64,000 nt of DNA from a virus, in IMG/VR virus record IMGVR_UViG_3300047564_002169, positions 1 through 64,000 of that record, one strand, 5' to 3'. The position numbers and the translations under genes are program-made. Under the pieces are notes generated by a model. That model saw only the letters and a list, made by a program, of their open reading frames with translations, ran no database searches and had not been told where the DNA came from. Shown here one piece after another: positions 29,788 through 38,926 of this stretch (positions are counted from its first letter, which is position 1; each line of letters opens with the position of its first letter).

Positions 29788-31824
29788 ATGGCCAATCGCT
29801 ATTGGGTCGGTGGAACTGCTTCTTGGGACGGCACTGCTGGTACAAAATGGGCAGCTACATCTAATGGTTCTGGTGGAGAGACAGTTCCTACAAGTGCCGA
29901 CGATGTATTTTTCGATGCATCTTCTACCGGTACCGTCACGATCGCCGCTGGCAACACAGGCGCGAAGTCGATCAACTGCACCGGATTTACCGGAACCATC
30001 ACAGGAACAGCCGCGATCACCGTCGCAGGCAGCATCACGCTTGTTTCGGGGATGACGTACACGCATACCGACACGGTCACGATAAGCGGTACAGGCACAT
30101 TAACGACTGCAGGTAAGACGTTTAGTGGATTAACCATTAACGGTTCAGGAATCACAGTAACTCTGGGTGATGCATTAAATGTGTCTACTGCCAGATCTGT
30201 CACCATCACTCAAGGCACTTTTGACACAGCAAACTACAACGTTACTGCCCTTCAACTTGTTTCGTCGAATTCAAATACAAGAACCATCAATCTAGGATCT
30301 TCAACAGTAACATTAGCTGCCAGCGGAGCGTCAATTAACTTCGTAACAGGAACAAATTTAACATTTAACGCTGGCACTTCTCAAGTTAACCTACCCGCCA
30401 CCAGTGCAGGTATTTTCGGAACTCAGACATATTACAACGTTTCTTTTACTGGGTCGGGAGCAGGAACTCGCACTATTAACGCCGCGAACACATTCAACAA
30501 CCTCACTCTGACTGCTAGCTCGACTGGGTTAAGTGAACTTTCTGTTAGCGCAAATCAAACCATCAACGGTACTTTTACCTGCGCCGGGACAACCGTGACA
30601 CAACGAGGGTTTGTTCGCTCCAACACTATTGGGACATCGCGTACTATTACTGCAGCAACTATTTCGGCAAATGATTGCGACTTCCGTGACATCACAATCG
30701 CTGGTGGAGCGGCAGGCAGTTCTCCGACTCGCGCAGGTGACTGCGGAGGAAACTCTGGTATAACATTTCCATCTGCAAAAACGGTTTATCGCGTAGGAAC
30801 CAACACAAACTGGACGACCGCTGCGTCGTGGGCACCCAGTTCTGGCGGTACAGGAGCTAGCGAGAATTTCCCGCTCCCGCAGGATACTGCGGTCATCAAC
30901 AACGACACGACGCTGACCGGCACTTTGTCGTTAAATGGCACGTACAACGTCGGAACACTTGATGCGTCCGCTAGGACTACCGGGATCACGCTCAGTTTTG
31001 CAGGAAATACATATTACGGCAACTTCACGCTTGCATCCGGGGTAACAGTCTCTGGTACGGGCATCCAGACGTTTTCCGGTCGCGGTACGCAGACTTTTAC
31101 TTCTGCTGGTAAAACAATTACGTTCCCAATCACGGTAGACAAACCTGCCGGGACGTTTGAATTGGGCGACGCATTTGCGTCGAGCAACACCGTCACGCAC
31201 ACTCGCGGCACGCTTGATGCAAAAAACTACGCTGTAACATGTACGCAGTTCAATTCAAGCAACAGCAACACTCGAACCGTTACTATGGGTTCCGGGTTGT
31301 GGACGTTGAGCGGAACCGGAAACGTCTGGACGTTAACTACTGCAACTGGGCTTACGTTCAATAAGGGATCAGCCGACGTATTACTGTCAAACACCAGCAC
31401 AACTAGTCGCGGATTCTCTGGCGGCGGGCAATCTTACAATAAGTTGACGATCGGCGGACCCTCTGGGTCGTCCCTAACAGCAATAAATCAGGTAAACACA
31501 TTTACAGAATTAGCCTCTACAAAAACCGTTGCGCACACAATTCAGTTTAGCGCAAACCAAACGATCACAACGTGGACCGCCACTGGCACTTCTGGAAACG
31601 TTGTCACTGTCAACAGCAGCTCCGCAGGCACCCGCCGCACGATCACACTCACCAATAGCACCGCAGGAACGGTAGACTACATGTCTGTCACTGACATCGG
31701 CATTACTAACGCCAACCGCTTTTACGTCGGCACGAATTCGACAAATGGTGGCAACAACCTGAACGTTATTTTTGCTGCTGGTCCTAGTCCCTCGACCGGA
31801 AACATGTTCTTCATGTTCCAATAA
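29788..31824 (+). CDS. Putative adhesin / receptor-binding protein G2 (T/S/G/N-rich beta-solenoid-like)
   Basis: MANRYWVGG start, two internal ~330-aa repeats (PTSADDVFFD / PLPQDTAVIN), C-terminal GNMFFMFQ. Confidence 0.75.
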   Translation: MANRYWVGGTASWDGTAGTKWAATSNGSGGETVPTSADDVFFDASSTGTVTIAAGNTGAKSINCTGFTGTITGTAAITVAGSITLVSGMTYTHTDTVTISGTGTLTTAGKTFSGLTINGSGITVTLGDALNVSTARSVTITQGTFDTANYNVTALQLVSSNSNTRTINLGSSTVTLAASGASINFVTGTNLTFNAGTSQVNLPATSAGIFGTQTYYNVSFTGSGAGTRTINAANTFNNLTLTASSTGLSELSVSANQTINGTFTCAGTTVTQRGFVRSNTIGTSRTITAATISANDCDFRDITIAGGAAGSSPTRAGDCGGNSGITFPSAKTVYRVGTNTNWTTAASWAPSSGGTGASENFPLPQDTAVINNDTTLTGTLSLNGTYNVGTLDASARTTGITLSFAGNTYYGNFTLASGVTVSGTGIQTFSGRGTQTFTSAGKTITFPITVDKPAGTFELGDAFASSNTVTHTRGTLDAKNYAVTCTQFNSSNSNTRTVTMGSGLWTLSGTGNVWTLTTATGLTFNKGSADVLLSNTSTTSRGFSGGGQSYNKLTIGGPSGSSLTAINQVNTFTELASTKTVAHTIQFSANQTITTWTATGTSGNVVTVNSSSAGTRRTITLTNSTAGTVDYMSVTDIGITNANRFYVGTNSTNGGNNLNVIFAAGPSPSTGNMFFMFQ

Positions 31825-31898
31825 GACCAGTACAAATATGATCAAGAACCAGTTTGATTAGATGCCTATTTTAACGCTATTTCCAGTTAAAAATATTC

Positions 31899-31905
31899 AT
31901 AAATA
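31899..31905 (+). promoter_or_regulatory. Late promoter-like motif ATAAATA
   Basis: Intergenic, upstream of gp13. Confidence 0.45.
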
Positions 31906-31984
31906 TATAATTAGTAATAACGAACAACGTACCGTTTAATACGTTCGTAAACAGAACAATTAAAAACATAATCGGGAAACTAAA

Positions 31985-32944
31985 ATGCCTGTTGCATCTA
32001 GAGAACAATTAAAACGTTATGCACTGCGCGCTCTAGGTGCACCAGTGCTTGAAATAAATGTGGACGAAGATCAGTTAGAAGATCGTATTGATGAGGCATT
32101 AGATTATTGGAACCTTTACCACTACGAAGGCGTTGAACAAATTTACATGAAGCAACCGATTCGCGCTTCTGAGATCATTCTCAATACCCCTGTAGCTGGT
32201 AATTATCAAATTGCAGAGAAAATAACAGGAGCGGTTTCTGGCGCTGTTGCAGAAGTGGTTCGTGAATCAACTCGAACTTCTTCAGGAACATTGTTGCTAA
32301 TTAAAAATATCGTTGGAACATTTCAAGTTGGAGAAACAATCACTGGTTCTAATTCTGGACAAACAGCGACTACTGTTTCTATTACGCTACGAGAATACGA
32401 CAAAAGATATATCGAGATTCCAGATTATGTTTATGGTGTGACTAAAATTTTAGGTATGGGACAAGCAAGTTCTTCGAAGAACATTTTCGATTTGCAATAT
32501 CAGCTGCGACTAAATGACTTATACGACTTAACTTCGACCAGCCTTATCTACTATAAAACAGTCATGAGTCACTTAGCTCTATTAGATTTAGAGTTAAACG
32601 GACATCAATTATTCAGATTTAATCGTCTTTCTAATCGTTTGTACTTAGACGCAAATTGGGCGACTGACTTTATTCTTGGCGACCATATTATTATCCAAGG
32701 ATATCGTGCTATGGATCCAGCTACTTACAGTCGCGTGTTTAATGAACCCTGGTTAAAACATTACGTCACCGCATTATTCAAAAAACAATGGGCGACTAAT
32801 ATAAAGAAATTCTCTGGAATTCAACTTCCTGGTGGAGTCACTCTCGACGGAGATAAACTATACGATGAAGCCGTCACTGAAATTAAAGAACTTGAAGATG
32901 AACTGCAGAATAAAGCATCTCCATTAGACTTTTTCCTTGGATAA
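31985..32944 (+). CDS. 13: Neck protein gp13
   Basis: LRALGAPVLEINVDEDQLEDRI, KKQW..N..KF.GIQLPGGVTLDG. Confidence 0.93.
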   Translation: MPVASREQLKRYALRALGAPVLEINVDEDQLEDRIDEALDYWNLYHYEGVEQIYMKQPIRASEIILNTPVAGNYQIAEKITGAVSGAVAEVVRESTRTSSGTLLLIKNIVGTFQVGETITGSNSGQTATTVSITLREYDKRYIEIPDYVYGVTKILGMGQASSSKNIFDLQYQLRLNDLYDLTSTSLIYYKTVMSHLALLDLELNGHQLFRFNRLSNRLYLDANWATDFILGDHIIIQGYRAMDPATYSRVFNEPWLKHYVTALFKKQWATNIKKFSGIQLPGGVTLDGDKLYDEAVTEIKELEDELQNKASPLDFFLG

Positions 32945-33025
32945 TAATGAACTTGTTTGTTTACTGTCTAGCAGAGTTTAAACCAGCTGCATTATGGCAA
33001 CTTACCAAGTGTAGGGGGTGTTAAC

Positions 33026-33955
33026 ATGGGTACAAATGTTTATTTTTCTCACGGTACTAGAAACGAACAATATCTTATTGAAGACCTAATCATCGAATCT
33101 CTTAAGATGTATGGGCAAGACTTTTTCTATATTCCAAGAACGTTAGTGTCAAAAGACGAAATTCTTGGAGAAGATCGTCTGTCTGAATTTAAAACAGCAT
33201 TCCCTATTGAAATGTATTTTGAAAATGTAGATTCGTTTGATGGTCAGGGGCAATTTATACAAAAATTTGGTCTAATGGTTGAGCAGTCTGCAACTTTAGT
33301 CGTCGCTCGCCGTAGATGGGAACAGCTAGTTGGTCGTTATGAGCAAACAATTTTACCACACAGACCTTGTGAGGGTGATTTAATTTATTTTCCTCTAACA
33401 AAAGGATTGTTTGAGATTAAGTTTGTAAAACATCAAGATCCATTTTATCAACTTGGAAAGTTGTATGTTTTTAAATTACAAGTTGAGTTGTTCCAGTACG
33501 CTTCTGAAAAAATTGACACTGGTGTTGAAGAAGTTGATGTTTTTGAGACTTTAAAATCTATGACCACAAACACAACTCGTACTTTAAATGGTGGTGTTGT
33601 TAAGGTTAACGTCACTAATCAAGGGTCTGGGTATACTTCTGCTCCAACAGTTAAATTTACTAATTCTAGTGGTTCTGGTACAGAAGCAATCGCTGTTCTT
33701 GGACAAGGGTCTTCTGCAGGTAAAATTATCCGCGTAGATATTATTGCTACTGGAACGCGCTATCAAAGCACCCCAACAGTTGAATTTATTGGTGGTGGAG
33801 GTTCTGGCGCGGCAGCTACTGCAATTATTGAAAACGATGTCGATAAGATAGATTCTTATGGTGACAATAATAAATTTAAGGGTCAAAGCAGCGCTGTAGT
33901 ATTTTCAGCACAAAATCCATTCGGCGAAATTGATAAAACTAAATTTGGTGATTAA
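33026..33955 (+). CDS. 14: Neck protein gp14
   Basis: EQYLIEDLIIES, YIPRTLV, EGDLIYFP, PFYQLGK, NPFGE. Confidence 0.93.
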   Translation: MGTNVYFSHGTRNEQYLIEDLIIESLKMYGQDFFYIPRTLVSKDEILGEDRLSEFKTAFPIEMYFENVDSFDGQGQFIQKFGLMVEQSATLVVARRRWEQLVGRYEQTILPHRPCEGDLIYFPLTKGLFEIKFVKHQDPFYQLGKLYVFKLQVELFQYASEKIDTGVEEVDVFETLKSMTTNTTRTLNGGVVKVNVTNQGSGYTSAPTVKFTNSSGSGTEAIAVLGQGSSAGKIIRVDIIATGTRYQSTPTVEFIGGGGSGAAATAIIENDVDKIDSYGDNNKFKGQSSAVVFSAQNPFGEIDKTKFGD

Positions 33956-34701
33956 TGTTAAACAATAACGTATTCTATCATGGTATTATCCGTAAGTGTA
34001 TCGTAGGATTCGGCACTGTATTCAGTGACATTTACATCGATCGTAAACTAGGAGATTCTGTAACAGGTTCAACAGTACAGCGGCTTCAAGTTCCTCTTGC
34101 ATACGCGCCAAAAGAAAAATGGTTAGTTCGTTTAGACCAAGATCCAGATCTATCTAATAATGTTTATATTTCTTTACCAAGAATGTCGTTTGAAATTATT
34201 GGGTATAACTATGACGCGCAGCGTAAATTAAACCGCATGCAGCAAATTAAATGTGGGGATACAACAGGCTCAGTGTCCACCATGTACACGCCAGTGCCGT
34301 ATAATATTGATCTATCTCTTTATGTTTTAACAAAAACGCAAGAAGATGGATTACAGATCATTGAACAAATTTTACCAACATTTACGCCAGAATATACTCT
34401 CACGTTAAATATCGTGCCAGAGATGAACGTTAAAATGGAAGTGCCTATTATTCTAAACAGCGTTTCTGTTATGGATGAATATGATGGCGATTTTCAAACT
34501 CGCAGATTCGTAACACACACGCTTAATTTTCAAATGAAAGTTAATCTGTTTGGAAACGTTAGCGGTAACGGCGTTATTGAAACTGTATTTGCAAATGTTG
34601 GAGAGAATGCAGATTTTTCCAACCCAAGCAGAACGTACACAGCAGAAGGTGATGCTAGTACAGGCGCTGTGATAAACGAACAGTGGTTAGACAACTTTTA
34701 A
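33955..34701 (+). CDS. 15: Tail terminator / sheath stabiliser gp15
   Basis: FYHGIIRK.IVGFGT, VPLAYAPKEK, LPRMSFE, QIIEQILPTF. Confidence 0.93.
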   Translation: MLNNNVFYHGIIRKCIVGFGTVFSDIYIDRKLGDSVTGSTVQRLQVPLAYAPKEKWLVRLDQDPDLSNNVYISLPRMSFEIIGYNYDAQRKLNRMQQIKCGDTTGSVSTMYTPVPYNIDLSLYVLTKTQEDGLQIIEQILPTFTPEYTLTLNIVPEMNVKMEVPIILNSVSVMDEYDGDFQTRRFVTHTLNFQMKVNLFGNVSGNGVIETVFANVGENADFSNPSRTYTAEGDASTGAVINEQWLDNF

Positions 34702-34703
34702 CC

Positions 34704-36281
34704 ATGGCAGAAATTTATAATTCCAACAGTAATCTTAAAGCAGCTGGAGTTGCTGTTGAGTTCACTCCGGAGGATGTGAAAGAATATATTAAATGTTCTC
34801 AGGATCCCATTTATTTTATTGAGAACTACTGTCATATCGTAACACTAGATCATGGGTTACAGTTGTTTAAATTATATGATTGTCAGAAACGAAAAATTGA
34901 TATTATTCACAATAATCGTCGTGTGATATTGATGGAAGGGCGGCAACAAGGTAAGACAACTACATCTGCTGCATATATTCTTTGGTACACAGTATTTCAA
35001 TCTAATAAGAATGTTGCTATTCTCGCAAACAAAAAAGACGCTGCGCGAGAAGTTTTGGATCGCTACCAGACGATGTATGAAATGCTCCCAAAATGGATGC
35101 AACAAGGCGTACTGACATGGAACAAAGGTGACATTGAACTAGAAAATGGTTCAAAAGTATTCACTGCTGCAACAGGAAAGTCTGGCATTCGCGGCAAGTC
35201 TGTTAACTTGCTGTACGTTGACGAAGCTGCTATTATTCCAAACAATGTAGCTGAAGATTTTTTTACTTCTGTGTACCCAACAATTTCTGCGGGGCAGACA
35301 ACTAAGATTCTTTTAAGTTCTACTCCATTGGGGTACAACCATTTTTGGAAATTTTGGACTGATGCAGAAAAGGGTAGGAATGGGTTTGTGCCATTATTTA
35401 TCCCATACTGGGAAATTCCAGGACGCGACGAAACATGGGCAGCTGAACAAAAAGCGCAGTTAGGTGAATTGAAGTTCACCCAGGAAGTATTATGTAACTT
35501 CTTAGGTTCTTCTTTAACTCTAGTTCGCGCAGACTGTATTTCCAAAATGAGCCCAGACGCTACAATCCACCAAAAAGATGGGTTGGATATATACGTAGAA
35601 CCTCAAGCCAATCATACATATTGTATTGTAGCAGATATAGCAAAAGGTGTTGGTGGTAATTATTCGGCATTTCAAATTATTGATATAACAGATCTGCCGT
35701 ATCGTATAGTAGGAAAATATCGTAATAATGAAATTAGCCCGATTCTGTATCCTAATGTAATACATAAAGTCGCAAAAGACTATAACATGGCATGGGTTCT
35801 ACTTGAAATTAACGTGTCGGAGCAGGCAGCTCATATTCTTTATTCCGAGTTGGAATATGAAAATATTTTGTTTGTCACACGGCACACTAATGGTCAAATT
35901 GTATCAGGCGGCTTCGGTGGAGGCAAGACTCAATTAGGTGTAGTTACTGATAAGAAAATTAAACGAATAGGATGTCATAATTTTAAAGCTCTGGTTGAAG
36001 AAAATAAATTGATTATAAATGATGCCGATACGATCTCTGAAATCTCTACGTTTATCGAAAAAAAGGGTTCTTACGAAGCTGATGAAGGATATTACGATGA
36101 TTTGGTAATGCCTTTGGTTTTGTTCGGATGGTTAACCACTAACTCATATTTTAAAGACCTAAATAATGTTAATCTGCGAGAAGCAATGTATCGTAAACAG
36201 ATGCGGGCGATAGAGGAAGAATTAACACCATTTGGGTTCTATGATGACGGCAGTCCAGAAAAACCTCCGCTAAACTTCTAG
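34704..36281 (+). CDS. 17: Terminase large subunit gp17
   Basis: RQQGKTT Walker A, LLYVDEAA Walker B, SSTPLG, RNase H-type nuclease domain with DDLV; ATG at 34704. Confidence 0.96.
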   Translation: MAEIYNSNSNLKAAGVAVEFTPEDVKEYIKCSQDPIYFIENYCHIVTLDHGLQLFKLYDCQKRKIDIIHNNRRVILMEGRQQGKTTTSAAYILWYTVFQSNKNVAILANKKDAAREVLDRYQTMYEMLPKWMQQGVLTWNKGDIELENGSKVFTAATGKSGIRGKSVNLLYVDEAAIIPNNVAEDFFTSVYPTISAGQTTKILLSSTPLGYNHFWKFWTDAEKGRNGFVPLFIPYWEIPGRDETWAAEQKAQLGELKFTQEVLCNFLGSSLTLVRADCISKMSPDATIHQKDGLDIYVEPQANHTYCIVADIAKGVGGNYSAFQIIDITDLPYRIVGKYRNNEISPILYPNVIHKVAKDYNMAWVLLEINVSEQAAHILYSELEYENILFVTRHTNGQIVSGGFGGGKTQLGVVTDKKIKRIGCHNFKALVEENKLIINDADTISEISTFIEKKGSYEADEGYYDDLVMPLVLFGWLTTNSYFKDLNNVNLREAMYRKQMRAIEEELTPFGFYDDGSPEKPPLNF

Positions 36282-36295
36282 AAAACTTGCAAAAA

Positions 36296-36302
36296 CTAAA
36301 TA
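36296..36302 (+). promoter_or_regulatory. Late promoter-like motif CTAAATA
   Basis: Upstream of gp18, where T4 has a late promoter. Confidence 0.6.
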
Positions 36303-36353
36303 AAATGTAGACATAGTTTTGTCTAGTAAAACTTATTAACAAGGAGAATTACA

Positions 36354-38282
36354 ATGCCGTTTCAATTATCTCCAGGCGTTGCAGTCGTAGAAAAAGATTT
36401 TACTTCTATCGTCCCAGCCGTATCATCTTCCATTGGTGCAGCGGTAGGCGCTTTCCCATGGGGTCCAGTTATGGAACCTATCACCGTTAGCTCAGAAAAT
36501 GATCTGGTGGCGCGTTTCGGAAAACCAAATGATAGTAACTTTGACTCTTTCTTTACTGCTGCGAACTTCCTGTCATACACAAATAACTTATTGCTAGTTC
36601 GCGCTGACGCTGGACATTTGAACGCGGTCGCTAATAGAACTGGTGGTGTGTCAAGTATCACAATCGGTAATGCCGGTTCTGGTTATTCTTCTACGCCACC
36701 AGAAGTCACCGTTTCTGCTCCTGATCAAGAAGGTGGCGTTCAAGCAGTGATTACTGCTACTGTTTCTGGTGGTGTGGTTTCTGCGTTAAACATTGTAACT
36801 GCTGGTACTGGATATTCTTCAGCACCTACACTCACAATCGCTGCCCCTCCATCTGGCACGACTGCAACAGCAACTGCTACTGTCGCTGCTGCTGGTGTTA
36901 AAATTAAAAATGGTGAACATTATACAACAAATTTCGTGAACGGCGCTGGAGTTGTAGGTTCCTGGGCAGCAAAATATCCAGGTTCTATTGGCAACTCGAT
37001 TAAAGTTTCTGTAGCAGACTCTAATACATTTGCAGCATGGGCGTACAAAGATGAGTTTGATGCTGCGCCAGACACTTCTCCATTCGCGGCTTCTGTCGGT
37101 GGTTCTTCTGATGAAATGCACATTATCATTATTGATGAAGATGGCGCGTTCACAGGCACTCAAGGCGCTATTCTAGAAAAATTCCCATTTGTTTCTAAAG
37201 GAAGTGACGCTAAAAAGCCAGACGGAACTAACAACTATTACAAAGACGTCATTAATTCTCGTTCACAGTATATCTGGTGGATGGATCATTTAACCGGATT
37301 AACTAATGCAGGATCACAATGCGCTGGAACAACTTTCGCTGAATTGTCTGCTGCTAATAATGCGTCTTTAAGCGGTGGTACTGACGATTATGCTCTTAGC
37401 GACGGAGAAAAACAAAATGCGTTTGCATTACTAGCTAACTCTGAGCAGTATGACCTTAGCTTAGTTATGGCAGGTAAAGCGTCTGCAACTGTTGCTGAAT
37501 TTATTATCAATGACATCTGCGAAACTCGCCTAGATTGCGTGGCATTTATCTCTCCACAAAATATTAGCAGTGGTGATGTTATTATCGGTTCTACTTCTAG
37601 CGAAGTTGATCAAATCAACGCATATCGCAATGAGCTGCCTTCTACATCATATGCAGTGATGGATTCTGGTTACAAATATCAGTATGATCGTTATAATGAT
37701 AAATATCGCTGGGTTCCTCTGAATGGTGATGTCGCGGGTCTATGCGCTCGCACGGATTTTACTAACGATCCATGGTTCTCTCCAAGCGGTTTAAATCGCG
37801 GTCAAATTAAAAATGTTGTTCGTCTTGCGGTCAATCCAAACAAGACTCAAAGAGACACTCTTTACAAGAATGGCGTTAACCCTGTAGTAACATTCCCAGG
37901 AGAAGGCACTGTTCTATTTGGCGATAAAACTCTGCTGGCTAAACCATCTGCGTTTGATCGTATTAATGTTCGTCGCCTGTTTATTGTTATGGAAAAGGCG
38001 ATCGCGACTGCTGCCAAATTCCAGCTGTTCGAATTTAACGACAGCTTCACTCGCGCGCAGTTTAAGAACTTGGTAGAGCCATTCCTTCGTGATGTTCAAG
38101 GTCGTCGCGGTATTACTGATTTCGTCGTTAAGTGCGATGAGTCTAACAACACAGGCGAAGTTATTGATCGTAACGAATTTGTTGCTGATATATTCGTTAA
38201 GCCAAATCGTTCTATCAACTTTATTACTCTGACGTTCGTTGCTGCTCGTTCTGCTATTAACTTCACAGAAATTGGCGCGTAA
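36354..38282 (+). CDS. 18: Tail sheath protein gp18
   Basis: LSPGV...E.D, YKYQYDRYND, PWFSPSG.NRG, FDRINVRRLF. Confidence 0.97.
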   Translation: MPFQLSPGVAVVEKDFTSIVPAVSSSIGAAVGAFPWGPVMEPITVSSENDLVARFGKPNDSNFDSFFTAANFLSYTNNLLLVRADAGHLNAVANRTGGVSSITIGNAGSGYSSTPPEVTVSAPDQEGGVQAVITATVSGGVVSALNIVTAGTGYSSAPTLTIAAPPSGTTATATATVAAAGVKIKNGEHYTTNFVNGAGVVGSWAAKYPGSIGNSIKVSVADSNTFAAWAYKDEFDAAPDTSPFAASVGGSSDEMHIIIIDEDGAFTGTQGAILEKFPFVSKGSDAKKPDGTNNYYKDVINSRSQYIWWMDHLTGLTNAGSQCAGTTFAELSAANNASLSGGTDDYALSDGEKQNAFALLANSEQYDLSLVMAGKASATVAEFIINDICETRLDCVAFISPQNISSGDVIIGSTSSEVDQINAYRNELPSTSYAVMDSGYKYQYDRYNDKYRWVPLNGDVAGLCARTDFTNDPWFSPSGLNRGQIKNVVRLAVNPNKTQRDTLYKNGVNPVVTFPGEGTVLFGDKTLLAKPSAFDRINVRRLFIVMEKAIATAAKFQLFEFNDSFTRAQFKNLVEPFLRDVQGRRGITDFVVKCDESNNTGEVIDRNEFVADIFVKPNRSINFITLTFVAARSAINFTEIGA

Positions 38283-38288
38283 TTAGGG

Positions 38289-38295
38289 ATAAATA
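38289..38295 (+). promoter_or_regulatory. Late promoter-like motif ATAAATA
   Basis: Between gp18 and gp19. Confidence 0.55.
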
Positions 38296-38318
38296 AGAGA
38301 GAACACAAGGAGAATTAA

Positions 38319-38906
38319 ATGGCAAATATTGCTGATTTTAAATCGCAGATGATTGGGGGCGGCGCTCGCCCTAATCAATTTCGCGTGGAATTAACATTCC
38401 CGTCTTATGTAACATTGGGCGTAGTTGCTGGACAGAGAGCACAATTCTTGTGCAAAGCTGCACAGCTGCCAGCTTCCACTGTTGAGAATATACCAGTTCT
38501 TTATCGCGGTCGCCCAGTAAATTTTGCTGGCGAAAGAACTTTTCAACCATGGGCAGTATCAATTTACAATGACACCACATTCAATATTCGTAATGCACTA
38601 GAGCAATGGCAGTCTGGGGTGCAGAACTATAATACTACTAATGGTCGCACAAATCCAACAGATTATCAAGTTGATTTGTTAGTCCACCAATTAGACCGTA
38701 ATGGCGCAACAATCAAAACGTATAAATTTGTTGATGCGTATCCAACTGCAATTTCTGCGATCGGTCTAGATTATGAACAACAAAATTCTATTGAACAATT
38801 TGATGTAGAGTTTACATTCAACTTCTTTACTTCGACTACTGGCGCAACTCCTGGCTTCGGTGTCAATGTTTCTATCGACACTCCAGTTGGCAGTTTCCCG
38901 CTATAA
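38319..38906 (+). CDS. 19: Tail tube protein gp19
   Basis: GGARPNQF, CKAAQLP, GR...AGERTF.PW, QLDR. Confidence 0.95.
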   Translation: MANIADFKSQMIGGGARPNQFRVELTFPSYVTLGVVAGQRAQFLCKAAQLPASTVENIPVLYRGRPVNFAGERTFQPWAVSIYNDTTFNIRNALEQWQSGVQNYNTTNGRTNPTDYQVDLLVHQLDRNGATIKTYKFVDAYPTAISAIGLDYEQQNSIEQFDVEFTFNFFTSTTGATPGFGVNVSIDTPVGSFPL

Positions 38907-38926
38907 TCAATTAAGGTTTTTACATA

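Noticed and set aside
20425-31824. Diversity-generating retroelement or invertase shufflon as the explanation for paired fibre repeats
   Set aside because: No reverse transcriptase or recombinase in the window; the repeats are direct and kilobase-long, and differences are not adenine-specific
32947-33024. 25-codon ORF between gp13 and gp14
   Set aside because: Too short, with no recognisable motif; cannot be supported as a gene
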